Source: Chitinivibrionales bacterium (lineage in GTDB: Bacteria; Fibrobacterota; Chitinivibrionia; Chitinivibrionales; WJKA01). From it: DNA of 64,000 bases. The notes beneath the pieces were generated by a model. The model did no database searches, was not told where the DNA came from, and worked only from the letters and a program-made list of their open reading frames with translations. Shown here piece after piece: positions 1 to 10,371 of this stretch. The stretch spans positions 1 to 64,000 of the forward strand of contig JBBRUX010000020.1 of the NCBI GenBank assembly GCA_038247415.1, read 5' to 3'. Every line of letters begins with the position of its first letter. Position 1 is the stretch's first letter. Made by a program: the position numbers and the translations under genes.

Positions 1-212
1 AAAAATTCTTTCTGCCGATAGCAGAGCGGAAGTCTTAAAGTGTCTTGAGTGAAAATGTCAAAGAGCTAGGATCTTAATAGTTGGCCCAGATTTATTCTGG
101 ACCATTTTTATTTTTTGCTACAATCTGCCTGTGTGGCTTTGACGTTCCATCCACGTACTGCACATTTCATACACGCTCTCAGAGGTTCCCTCGTTTGAAA
201 AATACCACGATC

Positions 213-234
213 GTTTTCATCTTGTTTTCATCTT
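213..234 (+). promoter_or_regulatory. Tandem direct repeat GTTTTCATCTT x2 (11-bp period), candidate OmpR/PhoB-type binding box
   Basis: Exact 11-bp direct repeat just upstream of a TATATT -10-like element and an OmpR-family regulator gene. Confidence 0.5.
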
Positions 235-286
235 TTCCTTATATATTATGGTGTAAATTGTAAAAACCCTCTTTTGGGCAAAGTCT

Positions 287-670
287 ATGCGCATTTTATT
301 AATAGAAGACGATAAAAAAATATCCGCTGCATTGTCTAAAAGCCTGCGAGCCGAAGGATTTGCCGTTGACTGTGCGTATGACGGTGTTATTGGTGAAGAA
401 TATGCAGAAGTTAATCAGAATGACCTGATCATTCTCGACATTTTGCTGCCCGGTCAGGACGGCTGGAAAACCATCAAAAACATCCGGCGTGAAAAAGTCA
501 CCACACCGGTTCTCATGCTGACCGCACTCGGCGAGGTGAGTGATAAAATCGCAGCACTTGACAGCGGGGCAGATGACTATCTTGTTAAGCCGTTCCATTT
601 CGGTGAACTTTTGGCGAGGATCCGCTCTCTCACCCGGCGAACCACCGAAGAGCGCAGCTTGGAAACATAA
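287..670 (+). pseudogene. OmpR-family response regulator, truncated (receiver domain only, winged-helix missing)
   Basis: MRILLIEDD, LIILDILLP, LMLTA, GADDYLVKPF, ELLARIRSLTRR then stop; abuts a convergent cupin relic. Confidence 0.75.
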
Positions 671-674
671 CCGG

Positions 675-905
675 TCAGCACATCCCCTGAAAATCCACTA
701 CAACAACTGGCTCGTCTCCAACTACCCATGAATCATGGCCCCCTGGAATAACGCAAACGTCTCCGGTCTTGCACCGAAGTGAACCACCTCCATCCTGGCT
801 CGTAGGTGGCGCGTCCGATGATTGCTCCTTCAATATGCAGCATCTCTAACGTGCCTCTGGGAAATGTCCATGCCTCATCTGGATTGCTAAAATGAAATAC
901 TTGTG
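675..905 (-). pseudogene. Cupin-domain protein relic with internal deletion/frameshift
   Basis: Minus strand reads FSNPDEAWTFPRGTLEMLHIEGAIIGRATYEPGWRWFTSV, then in another frame CKTGDVCVIPGGHDSWVVGDEPVVVVDFQGMC*; central segment and start are missing; not in the ORF track. Confidence 0.75.
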
Positions 906-916
906 CAGGTGTTAAG

Positions 917-1111
917 GAAGTCTACGAATTGTTAAAAAAGGATAACAAAGAAGTAATAGCATTATTCAAAAAAATCGAAAAAACAAATGAAGCACTTGTT
1001 GATCAAAGAAAAAAATTTGTTGACGAATTAAAACTGGAACTAACGCATCATGCGGAATCAGAAGAAAAGTTCTTCAAGAAAATACGGAACTTGGCTTCGA
1101 TTTGCACCTAA
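917..1111 (+). pseudogene. Hemerythrin (HHE)-domain protein fragment
   Basis: EVYELLKKDNKEVIALFKKIE...LKLELTHHAESEEKFF resembles the first HHE repeat; no clear start, truncated. Confidence 0.55.
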
Positions 1112-1175
1112 CGTGTCACTCCAAAACAGAATAAACTTTAGTCAAGAACATCCTCTTTTTCATTTTCCGACCATC

Positions 1176-1655
1176 CTATTTGACGTGTAATTCATTCACA
1201 ACCTTGCTAGGACCGACAATTGTGGTGGCGATATCCACGACTTTGTCGAGCTCGTTTTGAGAAGCGACTTTTCCCCGGAGTGTTACCAGTCCGTCAATAG
1301 TGATAACTTCTATATTTCGAGCTTCAATGTAAATTCCGTTTGTGGTGGACATGATTTCTTTTCCAATTCTTTTTGTGATTTCCACATCAGACTTCTTCGT
1401 GGCCTCGTTGGAAGGTATAAATACATAACCGTGAGGGGCAGACCCACTGTGTAAGGAGTCTGACTTCGCGGATTTGCTACTGGTGCTCTTTTCTGGAGTG
1501 CCGAGTCTTGTTCCATTTTTCATGGAGTCGGACCTTGATGACACGCTGCTACTATCCCGTAGTGAATTGTCATACTTCCACGATTGTGCCCACGAGAGTG
1601 CATTCAGAAGCGTAATGGCAGAAAGTGCAATAATAACCTGGGTCTTGATTTGCAT
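1176..1655 (-). CDS. Secreted BON-domain (OsmY-like) protein
   Basis: Signal peptide, Ser-rich linker, SDVEITKRI...IEVITIDGLVTLRGKV...VVNELHV; AAAGGAG RBS. Confidence 0.85.
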   Translation of the reverse strand: MQIKTQVIIALSAITLLNALSWAQSWKYDNSLRDSSSVSSRSDSMKNGTRLGTPEKSTSSKSAKSDSLHSGSAPHGYVFIPSNEATKKSDVEITKRIGKEIMSTTNGIYIEARNIEVITIDGLVTLRGKVASQNELDKVVDIATTIVGPSKVVNELHVK

Positions 1656-1708
1656 AAAATCTCCTTTGTTTTGGTTACGGATAGTTCAGGTGCAATAACT
1701 GTATAAAT

Positions 1709-1724
1709 ATCAATAATCGTGCCA
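1709..1724 (-). promoter_or_regulatory. Possible sigma54 promoter (imperfect -12)
   Basis: TGGCACGATTATTGAT about 55 nt upstream of the BON gene; GA instead of GC at -12. Confidence 0.45.
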
Positions 1725-1803
1725 TGATCTGAATTCATTGGACCAATAAAAAAGCATCCCTTAGACGGAAAGCAGAAAGTGGCCCGGTGCCCACACACAC
1801 GTC

Positions 1804-2766
1804 TCAGCCCAGCCACTCGGGGTGAAGCGCGGTGCCGTCGTGCATGCTGGCGGTTTTGAATTTCTCGTAATTGCCGTTCTGTGCGTATTTCATGGTTCGG
1901 GTCAGCAGCTCGCCCATCTGGCCGGCGTCCATCGGCTTGAAATCCTTCATGATCTCCAGGTTCTGCTGGAGCACCTCCATGCTGTCAATGCCGGTGATCA
2001 CGACCGATGTTGGAAGCGTGAGGGCGTAGGTCAGGCACTCTTTGGGGGTGGCGATCTTGTTCTGGACGATTCCGCCGCTTGCCATAGGTTTCATGCCCAG
2101 AACAGCAACTCCCTGCTTAATGAGTCGGGGCACAACATTCCGGGCGAAGCTGCGGAAATTGGCATCGAGCACATTGAGTGGCATCTGGCACGTGTCGAAA
2201 TGGAACTTGTGCTCGCCCGCTATGTCAAGCATGCGATGGTGGACGATAGGGTCTTTGTGGCCCGTAAAACCTGTGTATCGGATCTTGCCGGATTTCTTTG
2301 CCTCTTGGAGAGCTTCGATAGCACCGCCCTCGGCGAAGCAGCGATCTGCATCCTCCATGCGCAGGTTCTCGTGGATCTGCATCAGATCGACGTAGTCCGT
2401 TTGCAGCCGCTTAAGCGATTCGTCAATCTGTGTGGCGGCGGCTTGCCTTGTACGTCCGTCGATCTTGGTCATCAGAAACACTTTGGCACGGTAGCCATCG
2501 CGCAGGGCCTTGCCCATCCATACTTCGCTCTTACCGTTATGGTAATCCCAGCAGTTATCCATGAAGGTGATGCCGAAATCGATGGCAGAGCGAATCAGGT
2601 TGATGCTGTCCTGCTCTTCTTTCACGAGCCCAATGTGGTGGCCACCCATGCCCAGCGCGCATACCCGTTCTCCGGTACGCCCGAGTGTCCGGTAGAGCAT
2701 GTTGCCCACTCGAACTTCTTCGGGAATAGGCCCGAGGTCTGGAATTGTAAAAAGTATATCTGTCAT
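1804..2766 (-). CDS. Aldo/keto reductase
   Basis: YRTLGRTG, GITFMDNCWDYHNG.SE..MGKAL, FLMTK, SLKRLQTDYVDLMQIH, GKIRYTGFTGH. Confidence 0.9.
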   Translation of the reverse strand: MTDILFTIPDLGPIPEEVRVGNMLYRTLGRTGERVCALGMGGHHIGLVKEEQDSINLIRSAIDFGITFMDNCWDYHNGKSEVWMGKALRDGYRAKVFLMTKIDGRTRQAAATQIDESLKRLQTDYVDLMQIHENLRMEDADRCFAEGGAIEALQEAKKSGKIRYTGFTGHKDPIVHHRMLDIAGEHKFHFDTCQMPLNVLDANFRSFARNVVPRLIKQGVAVLGMKPMASGGIVQNKIATPKECLTYALTLPTSVVITGIDSMEVLQQNLEIMKDFKPMDAGQMGELLTRTMKYAQNGNYEKFKTASMHDGTALHPEWLG

Positions 2767-2820
2767 GTGCCCTCGATTATAAGTAAATCAGTGTTTGCCG
2801 AGTGCCGTCTGAACTCGCAT

Positions 2821-4881
2821 TTACGCCAAAGTCCGAACGGACTTTTCCCGATCCCACTGCCGCGTCTTTGCGGCAGAAATAAACGCGTCCATATCGTTGG
2901 CAGCCACAACGCCCGCGTCATGTTCGACATTTCCCACGTCTAAAAGCGATCTACCGCCTTTGTCAACAGCGATTGCCTTGAGATGGCCGAAGGCATCGCG
3001 GACAAAATCAATCGCCGCACTTTCCACCGAAAGTGCCTCGGCGCCTTTGTCGGAGAGGATAACGGCAATCGCATCAAACATCACGGAAGGCGTACCGGCA
3101 AGTTGTCCATCAACAGCAAGTATCGAGCCATCGGCAAGTTTTGCGCCACCAATCTTTGGTCCCACGATCTTGACGGCGGCACCCGCATCGAGCGCTGCTT
3201 TTTTAATTTTATTGATCATGACACCGTTCGAACCATCCGCAATCAGGATGCCAACGGTGCGCCCCGCCAGAGTGTCTTTCATCTTGCCAATGGTCTGCAG
3301 TGCTGGCGAAGGTTGCAGATTCTGCACCGGTGCGGCACTCTTCGGTGCATGCGGCATTTTATCAAGAGCAAGACCCGCGCCCACCCGTTTGGCAAGGTCT
3401 TCGTCGATATGGCGCATATGAGCGACAATTGCCTTGCGGACATGAACATGCCCCACTTTCGAGAGCTCAAACACAAGTGCTGAAGCGATATGCGCCTGTT
3501 CATGCGTTGATTGACTGATATAGAATTGACGTGCCTGGCTGTAATGGTCGGCAAAGCTCTCGGGACGGATACGTCCTTTTTTTCCACTTTCGTCGACACT
3601 GACACTGCGAAAGCCGATCGTAGGATTTTCGCGCGGAGCATCTTTAGACAGTGAGTTCGGTTCATAATTGACCCGGCCTTTGGGCTGCATCATCTGCATA
3701 TGCCCATCGCGCTGATGGTTGCCGAATGGGCATTTCGGCGCATTGATCGGGATCTGATTAAAATTCGATGTTCCTAAACGGGAAAGCTGCGTATCGACAT
3801 ATGAGAAAAGACGCCCCTGCAGCAGCGGATCATTGGAGAAATCGATTCCCGGAACAATATTCGCAGGACAAAAGGCGACCTGTTCAGTTTCGGCAAAGAA
3901 GTTGTCCGGCCATCGGTCGAGTACCATTCGGCCAATTACTTTCAAGGGGATTAACTCTTCCGGAATCAGTTTCGTCGGATCCAGATGATCAAAAGGGAAT
4001 TGAGCTGCTTCCTCCTGAGTAAAGAGCTGAACGGCAAACTCCCACTCGGGAAAGTCGCCTTTCTCGATGGCTTCAAACATATCGCGCCGATGAAAGTCCT
4101 GATCGGCACCGGCAATTTTGACGGCTTCATCCCAAATGGTGGATTGCAGACCCAGCTTTGGGCGCCAATGAAATTTGACAAATGTTGAATTGCCCTCAGC
4201 ATTTATCAAGCGGAAGCTGTGGACGCCGAATCCTTCAATCATCCGCAACGAACGCGGAATGGTGCGATCGGACATAATCCACATCACCATATGCATGGAT
4301 TCCGGCGTCAACGATATGAAATCCCAGAAGGTATCGTGGGCCGTGGCGTTTTGTGGGAAACCGCGATCGGGCTCCATCTTGACGGCATGAACGAGATCGG
4401 GAAATTTGATCGCATCCTGAATAAAGAAAACCGGGATATTGTTTCCGACCAGATCCCAATTGCCTTCTTTGGTATAAAACTTCACGGCAAACCCGCGTAC
4501 GTCTCGTGGTGTGTCAACAGAACCGGAGCCCCCGGCAACGGTCGAAATACGCGTAAAAAGGGGAGTTTTTTCGCCCACCTCGGTGAGTATCTTCGCAGTT
4601 GTATAGCGCTCTAAGGACTCGGTTAATTCGAAATATCCATGCGCTCCCGTACCCCGGGCGTGAACGATACGCTCCGGAATCCGTTCATGATCGAAATGGG
4701 TTATTTTCTCACGGAGGACAAAATCCTCCAGAAGGGTTGGGCCATTTGGGTTGGCGCGAAGCGAGTTCTGATTGTCGGAAACCGCAATGCCCTGGTTCGT
4801 TGTGAGTACCGGGTGTTTGCCGTCGGCCATTTGATGCAGTTCTCCGCCGTTGCCCAGTAAAACTTCTCCAGTCGAGCTCAT
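2821..4881 (-). CDS. katE: Large-subunit monofunctional catalase (HPII type) with C-terminal DJ-1-like domain
   Basis: [15 protein letters not shown] active-site motif, RLFSYVDTQ proximal heme motif, 686 aa. Confidence 0.95.
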   Translation of the reverse strand: MSSTGEVLLGNGGELHQMADGKHPVLTTNQGIAVSDNQNSLRANPNGPTLLEDFVLREKITHFDHERIPERIVHARGTGAHGYFELTESLERYTTAKILTEVGEKTPLFTRISTVAGGSGSVDTPRDVRGFAVKFYTKEGNWDLVGNNIPVFFIQDAIKFPDLVHAVKMEPDRGFPQNATAHDTFWDFISLTPESMHMVMWIMSDRTIPRSLRMIEGFGVHSFRLINAEGNSTFVKFHWRPKLGLQSTIWDEAVKIAGADQDFHRRDMFEAIEKGDFPEWEFAVQLFTQEEAAQFPFDHLDPTKLIPEELIPLKVIGRMVLDRWPDNFFAETEQVAFCPANIVPGIDFSNDPLLQGRLFSYVDTQLSRLGTSNFNQIPINAPKCPFGNHQRDGHMQMMQPKGRVNYEPNSLSKDAPRENPTIGFRSVSVDESGKKGRIRPESFADHYSQARQFYISQSTHEQAHIASALVFELSKVGHVHVRKAIVAHMRHIDEDLAKRVGAGLALDKMPHAPKSAAPVQNLQPSPALQTIGKMKDTLAGRTVGILIADGSNGVMINKIKKAALDAGAAVKIVGPKIGGAKLADGSILAVDGQLAGTPSVMFDAIAVILSDKGAEALSVESAAIDFVRDAFGHLKAIAVDKGGRSLLDVGNVEHDAGVVAANDMDAFISAAKTRQWDREKSVRTLA

Positions 4882-4959
4882 AATGATCCTTTGTTTGGTT
4901 TAGAGATTTCTGTTTCAACATTTCCCATGGGTACATGTATTGTTTCGTCAAACGATTCG

Positions 4960-5592
4960 TTAATTCTTGCCCTCAAAACGGAATGTACCATCCACAAGGC
5001 CGCCAGCAACAATGCCATGATGGTTTTGGGGGTCGCCCATACCCCAAAGCGGAGTCACATAGGGCGAAAGACCAAGCTGAAAGTTGAACATTTCACCGGG
5101 ACGCCGCAAGTCAAGCCCCCCGTACGCGCCAAGTATCGGGCCCATCGCAAAGAAGCTCGAGGTGCGGCCAGGGCCGGATGTCTCTGAATTGTAGTCTGGC
5201 CCGTAATGGAGGGAAACGCCAAGAACAGGGCCAGCAACCCACCCGACCTTGTTGTCCGACTTGTCGGTAAATTTGAGCGCTACTGTGGGTTCGAATTGCA
5301 GCATGTGAAATGCAGCCGCGAAAAGGATCGGCCGCATCACCGGGAGATCGACATGTATCGATGTTCCATTACTTACGGGGATCTCAGCGAATGCAGATAT
5401 ATCGGCTGCGATGCCCCCTTTTGTGCCGGTTGTGCTAGCGACGCACTTGCGAATATTGTCATAGCGTCCGCCAATGCGGATCTTGAAGCCAAAGGTCGTG
5501 GCGTCGGTTGCGGTATCCGCGCACACTGTACTAACAGTAAATGCAAGGATAAGAACTGCAATCGCCGACACGGTATTTCTTGATGTTGTCAT
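4960..5592 (-). CDS. Hypothetical exported protein, possibly beta-rich
   Basis: 210-aa ORF with signal peptide and RBS, same strand as neighbours; family not recognised. Confidence 0.7.
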   Translation of the reverse strand: MTTSRNTVSAIAVLILAFTVSTVCADTATDATTFGFKIRIGGRYDNIRKCVASTTGTKGGIAADISAFAEIPVSNGTSIHVDLPVMRPILFAAAFHMLQFEPTVALKFTDKSDNKVGWVAGPVLGVSLHYGPDYNSETSGPGRTSSFFAMGPILGAYGGLDLRRPGEMFNFQLGLSPYVTPLWGMGDPQNHHGIVAGGLVDGTFRFEGKN

Positions 5593-5679
5593 TTCGGTAT
5601 TCCTTCTGGTGAGTATAGTGAAAGAGAATGTATTACGAACTGTTGTGCAAATAGTGCGATAAGGCCTGCGTACCTCATT

Positions 5680-5982
5680 CTACTTGAGCTTCTTAATCAT
5701 TTCTTCAACCTCTTTTGTACCTTTTGTATAAAAAGTTTCTTCATCCGGGGCCAATTCGTGAAGCAAACGAAGAAATTCTCCTACATGCACGAGTTCTTCA
5801 TTGGCAATTTCTTTAAGTACCGTAATGGCAAGTTTGTTGTCTGTCGACTCGGCAAGCTGCGTGTACAATTGGGTTGCCTCATACTCCGCGGCAATCGCAA
5901 ACCTAATCGCCCGAATAAGTTCCTCTTTTGTAACTTTTCTGTCATTTGCCAACCCTGAAAAAGACGTTCCAAAATCCGGCAT
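5680..5982 (-). CDS. Ferritin-like protein (encapsulated-ferritin/rubrerythrin-like)
   Basis: RAIRFAIAAEYEATQLY and IANEELVHVGEFLRLL di-iron motifs; AAGGAG RBS. Confidence 0.85.
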   Translation of the reverse strand: MPDFGTSFSGLANDRKVTKEELIRAIRFAIAAEYEATQLYTQLAESTDNKLAITVLKEIANEELVHVGEFLRLLHELAPDEETFYTKGTKEVEEMIKKLK

Positions 5983-6113
5983 TTCAATTCTCCTTAGTTA
6001 ATTTTTTATATCTATTCTACTTTGTTGCCTGCTGTTCAAGACTGATCGCCGCTGTTTGTCGTGGGCGGCTTATATTGACTATATGCGTTTTGTGTGACGC
6101 CCTTGGAAATTAT

Positions 6114-6701
6114 TTAGCCCGTCCTCTTCGGTTCGATATGCGCACCCAATCTTTTTAGCATATTTGGAATTTTGTTAGGTGGTAAGACGAAATCAATACA
6201 GCCTGCTGCCTGAGCACCCCGCGGCATGGAGTTAACTTCGGCCGATAAGTCCTGAGCAAAGGTTTTTCCTCCGTTGGCCTTAATGTGCCTACAACCATCA
6301 GTGCCATCGCCATCATATCCGGAAAGAACAATACCGACTGCACGTTCACCCATTGCCTCTGCCAGAGAAATAAAAAACAAATCTATTTGTTTGTTCCTGA
6401 CAGAGCGAGGCGCGATAACTTTGAACTTATTGTTTTCAATAATAAGATCTGAGTCCGGAGGAATTACGTAAACATGATTAGCAAGAATCGAACTTGCATC
6501 AGAAGCAACGGTTACTGACATTTTCGTGTGTCGCGACAGTATTATAGCTAATTGACTATGGGCGGTGGGGTTCATGTGAGAGATAATAACAAAGGCCATA
6601 CCCGTGTCAAGCGGTAATACATCCAAGATAGCCTTGTATGCATTAAGTGCTCCGGCAGAGCCACCAATACCTACAATGAATTTAGGGAGTATTGTTTTCA
6701 T
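6114..6701 (-). CDS. cheB: Stand-alone CheB-type methylesterase domain protein
   Basis: VGIGGSAG (Ser), ISHM (His), LSGYDGDG..G (Asp), SMPR; no receiver or CheR domain. Confidence 0.85.
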   Translation of the reverse strand: MKTILPKFIVGIGGSAGALNAYKAILDVLPLDTGMAFVIISHMNPTAHSQLAIILSRHTKMSVTVASDASSILANHVYVIPPDSDLIIENNKFKVIAPRSVRNKQIDLFFISLAEAMGERAVGIVLSGYDGDGTDGCRHIKANGGKTFAQDLSAEVNSMPRGAQAAGCIDFVLPPNKIPNMLKRLGAHIEPKRTG

Positions 6702-6713
6702 GGCTTAGTATTG

Positions 6714-8234
6714 TTAATTATTTTTTTCATTTTCAGGTACATCTTTATCAAAATTCTTTTTCTGATTGCCACTAAAGTTAGATTCAGCATATGGTATCAA
6801 TGAAATTCCATCATTAGTCAAAATAAATTTGTGGACATCGCTATCATGGCTAGTCCCACGAGACTTAACAATAAAGACTTCACGGGTGCGTTTTCTACCC
6901 TCAGCATCTTCTACCATTCTCACAACAATCCAAGTATCAATCAGAGAAGAAACACCTATTTCACCACTCGTGTTACTTTGAAAGGTTGCAGAAACAAGAC
7001 TTGTAAAAAACGTAGTGATGCCTCTGGATTTAAAGAGATCAATCATGCGGGTAATCATTGATGTGACTTCACGATGCTCCCCATCTCCAATAAGACTTGT
7101 GAGAGGGTCTACAACCACAGCCTTTGGTTTGAAACTATCAATCAGCTTATAAACATTCAATAAATGCAGCTCCAAACCAAGGAAAGAAGGCCTAAGAGCC
7201 ACAATCTTTATTAATCCTTTTTCCACCCAGGGCGCGAAATCAAAACCGATAGAAAGCATGTTTTGAATGAGTTGCCCTGATGATTCTTCATAGGAGAAAT
7301 AAAGACAGCGTTCCCCACGTTTACAACTCTCCAATGCAAATGCCCCCGCAAAACTTGTTTTGCCGCTGCCTGCTGTGCCTGAAGTTAATATTGTGCTGGC
7401 TCTGGTGTAACCTTTATTGCTCTTGAACAATTTGTCGAGCGATGGAATGCCTGTTAAAACCTTCTTGTCAGTGCCCGGTTGTTCAAGCCCTGATGAAGTG
7501 ATGGGAATTACTGAAAGACCTTCTTCATCAATGACAAATGGATACTCGCTGGTACCATGCCTTGACCCCCGATACTTAATTACACGAACTCTACGGGTCG
7601 CCATTTCGTCTCTAACTCTGTTATCCAGCAGAATGATGCAATCGGAGATATATTCCTCCAGGCCATGCCGAGTAAACGAATCGTTTTTTCCCGGCTCGCC
7701 GGTAACAATTGCCGTGACCTTTTTTTCTTTAAGCCATCGGAAAAGTCTTTTTATCTCTAAGCGAAGAATGCCCATATCCGTAACGCCTGAAAAAAGAGAT
7801 TCAAGAGAATCTAAAACAACACGTTTGGCGCCAATAGAATCAATGGCATACTCCAAACGAACGAATATTCCCTCGAGATTAAAGTTGGTTTCCTGAATGT
7901 CTTTGCGCTCTAAAACTACATGTTCGAGCAGAATCTTTTTTTGCGAAACAAGCGTTTGCAAATCCATATTGAGAGAAGCCACATCTTTGTAAAGTTCATC
8001 TTGTGTTTCTTCAAATGAGATGAGAACCCCTGGCTCGTTGTAACTGGTTGCACCTTTAATTAAAAAATCAATTCCAAAAAGGGTTTTCCCTGAGCCTGCA
8101 TTCCCAGAAACTAGCGTAGTTCCATTTTTCGGAAGCCCGCCTTCTGTAATTTCATCCAAACCTTTAATGCCGGTGGAGCATTTGAGTAACTCATTACGCT
8201 GTGGAGTGATTTTTCCCTTGACAGATTTTATCAT
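6714..8234 (-). CDS. kaiC: KaiC-family double-domain ATPase
   Basis: Two Walker A motifs (GNAGSGKT, GTAGSGKT), SFEE/SYEE, KYRGS.HG, VSSLIDTW phospho-site region, KSRG. Confidence 0.93.
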   Translation of the reverse strand: MIKSVKGKITPQRNELLKCSTGIKGLDEITEGGLPKNGTTLVSGNAGSGKTLFGIDFLIKGATSYNEPGVLISFEETQDELYKDVASLNMDLQTLVSQKKILLEHVVLERKDIQETNFNLEGIFVRLEYAIDSIGAKRVVLDSLESLFSGVTDMGILRLEIKRLFRWLKEKKVTAIVTGEPGKNDSFTRHGLEEYISDCIILLDNRVRDEMATRRVRVIKYRGSRHGTSEYPFVIDEEGLSVIPITSSGLEQPGTDKKVLTGIPSLDKLFKSNKGYTRASTILTSGTAGSGKTSFAGAFALESCKRGERCLYFSYEESSGQLIQNMLSIGFDFAPWVEKGLIKIVALRPSFLGLELHLLNVYKLIDSFKPKAVVVDPLTSLIGDGEHREVTSMITRMIDLFKSRGITTFFTSLVSATFQSNTSGEIGVSSLIDTWIVVRMVEDAEGRKRTREVFIVKSRGTSHDSDVHKFILTNDGISLIPYAESNFSGNQKKNFDKDVPENEKNN

Positions 8235-8273
8235 TATTATGGTCCTTTGTTGTTTTATTAAGATAGAGTAAAC

Positions 8274-9197
8274 TTACTCTACGGCCAAAGCATTTTTGTC
8301 CGGTGCAACGAGTGTACCATACTTCGAGGCGTATACTTTAGTGAACTCGGCGCCAAAAAACAAAATCTGTGATGAATAATTTACCCAAAGTAGGAGAATT
8401 ACCAATGATCCAGCTGCTCCGTACGACGAACCAAAAGATGCTTGACCCAGATATAATCCGATGAGATATTTTCCTAAGCTAAAAAGCAAGCCGGTTATTG
8501 CCGCTCCTACCCAAACGTCTTTCCAAGCAATGATGATATCCGGTAAAAATTTGAAGAGAGCCGCAAAAAGCAAGGTTATAAAACCAAACGAGACAATTAC
8601 ATTTAGTATCTCCATGACAATGTGCAACCCCGGAACAAGATTATTCAGATATTTACCAAGTCCCGCCAGCAGGGCGCTTATGACAAGAGATACCAGAAGT
8701 AGAAACCCGATGCCAAGCACCATTTGAAAAGAGAGAAAACGGATTCGCACTATCCCCGAAATGGGTTTGTCCGGTTTTAGTTTTACGTGCCAAATCAGGT
8801 TAAGGGTATCCTGGAGTTGCACGAAAACCTGCGTAGCGCCGAGAATGAGTACACCTACCCCAAAAACCATGGCGATAATGTTTGACGATGGCTTGCTGGC
8901 GCTTGTGAGGAGTAGTTGTACGGCTTGCGCGCCTTCGTGACCTATTAAACCAGTCATCTGATGTATAAGGTGATTCTGTGCCGAACTGCTTCCAAAAACA
9001 AGGCCGGCAATGGCAATTGCCACAATTAAAAGCGGCGCGAGCGAAAATACCGTATAATAGGCCAAAGCAGCAGCCCAACCGGCAGCACGATCATCCTGCC
9101 AGTTTTTAAATGTTTCCTTGATAATGCTCCAAGCTTCTGGCAGTATTTTCTTTATCCATCCTTTACCAGTGCTATTTGCTATTTTATTTTGTTGCAT
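8274..9197 (-). CDS. YihY/virulence factor BrkB family membrane protein
   Basis: AALAYYTVFSLAPLL, SYGAAGSLVILLLWVNYSSQILFFGAEF. Confidence 0.9.
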   Translation of the reverse strand: MQQNKIANSTGKGWIKKILPEAWSIIKETFKNWQDDRAAGWAAALAYYTVFSLAPLLIVAIAIAGLVFGSSSAQNHLIHQMTGLIGHEGAQAVQLLLTSASKPSSNIIAMVFGVGVLILGATQVFVQLQDTLNLIWHVKLKPDKPISGIVRIRFLSFQMVLGIGFLLLVSLVISALLAGLGKYLNNLVPGLHIVMEILNVIVSFGFITLLFAALFKFLPDIIIAWKDVWVGAAITGLLFSLGKYLIGLYLGQASFGSSYGAAGSLVILLLWVNYSSQILFFGAEFTKVYASKYGTLVAPDKNALAVE

Positions 9198-10281
9198 TTG
9201 GTTTCACGATCTTTTTTTCGCCAAGGTTTTTCTCAAGTTCCGGGGTCAATGCCTGTATAAAGGCATTATAGAGGACCATTACTAACGTCGTGAAAATATC
9301 TGTCTTAGCATTAGTCAGATCACCTGAAAGTGGAATGCGCGTGGCCACTTGGTCAATAGATTGATTCTTGAACAAATTCTTTGCGCCCTCAAGCACAACT
9401 TCCCACAGTGAAAACCCTTTTTTTTGTATTTTTTCCAAGCTGGTAATTTTGACATCTTTCAGGATCGGTTTTAGGTATCCTTTTACTTCACCGTGGTGTA
9501 CCGATATTTCGGTTGTCACAGAGAACTTTCCCGCTTCGACGTCGAACTTTCCATAGGTGCGCAAAAGCGAGTTGAGAGTGGTGAGGCGTAAATCGTGCAT
9601 TTGAAGACTTGCGTTAAGCATCGGAAGCCTGCTAAAAGGGTTCAGATGCATGGTAGCCTTGAACGGCGCATGGCCCATAGCAATCGCTGTCACGTGGACG
9701 GTCGTATTAAGGCTATCATTGCTACCGGGGCGATTGGTGAGACCCTCAATATCCATCTTTAATTTAGCGAGGGAAATATCTAGCATAGAGTCTGCCTGGA
9801 AATTGTGAAAGTGCACTTCGCCTCTGTCCACGGTGAATCGATTGATGCGAATAGGAAAGAGACCTTTGACCGTTTTGGTCCAGGGAACCCCCGCACCCGT
9901 CTGTTGCTTGCTTTTGTCGGGATTGTCAACAAAGTGAAGTACCGGATTCAAGAGCTCAATGTCTGATACCAAGGCCCCTTTAAAAAGATTTCGCCAAGAA
10001 ACGCCAAGAATGATTGTACTCACCGATATGAAAGGAACGGGAATTTTTCCGGTTATTTTGCGCACAACCAGACTATCTATAACGTACTCCCCAGCCCATA
10101 GATGAATACGAATTTTGCTCACATGCCCCTCATACTCTCCTAAATGAGCCAGCTGTTTGTTTACATACCTGAAAACAAAAGGAGTCAAGGCTTGATTAAT
10201 AATAAAGAATAGAGAAATTAAAATGGCCACGGGGAGAATCCATGCACGATTTGAACCCCAAAAGTTTTTGTGATCTTTCAT
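9184..10281 (-). CDS. DUF748/AsmA-like membrane-anchored protein
   Basis: N-terminal TM, FPIRINRF.V..GEVHF, GYLKP, NQ..DQVATRIPLSGD; start placed at MKDHK. Confidence 0.7.
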   Translation of the reverse strand: MKDHKNFWGSNRAWILPVAILISLFFIINQALTPFVFRYVNKQLAHLGEYEGHVSKIRIHLWAGEYVIDSLVVRKITGKIPVPFISVSTIILGVSWRNLFKGALVSDIELLNPVLHFVDNPDKSKQQTGAGVPWTKTVKGLFPIRINRFTVDRGEVHFHNFQADSMLDISLAKLKMDIEGLTNRPGSNDSLNTTVHVTAIAMGHAPFKATMHLNPFSRLPMLNASLQMHDLRLTTLNSLLRTYGKFDVEAGKFSVTTEISVHHGEVKGYLKPILKDVKITSLEKIQKKGFSLWEVVLEGAKNLFKNQSIDQVATRIPLSGDLTNAKTDIFTTLVMVLYNAFIQALTPELEKNLGEKKIVKPNATK

Positions 10282-10371
10282 AGCTTGTTGCATACCTTTC
10301 AAAATTTCCCAGTTTAGAAAAAGGGCATTCTCAAAACTGGGAAGCTCGAGTAGAATCAAAACCGTAATGGA

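Noticed and set aside
81..263. 60-aa ORF
   Set aside because: TTG start, overlaps the promoter and direct repeat, no recognisable features.
1822..2943. 373-aa plus-strand ORF
   Set aside because: Antisense shadow of the GC-rich aldo/keto reductase; no recognisable motifs. The same applies to the many short ORFs opposite katE, tamB, rnf and tkt.
6714..8234. Circadian clock
   Set aside because: No kaiA or kaiB in the window; KaiC alone does not show oscillation.
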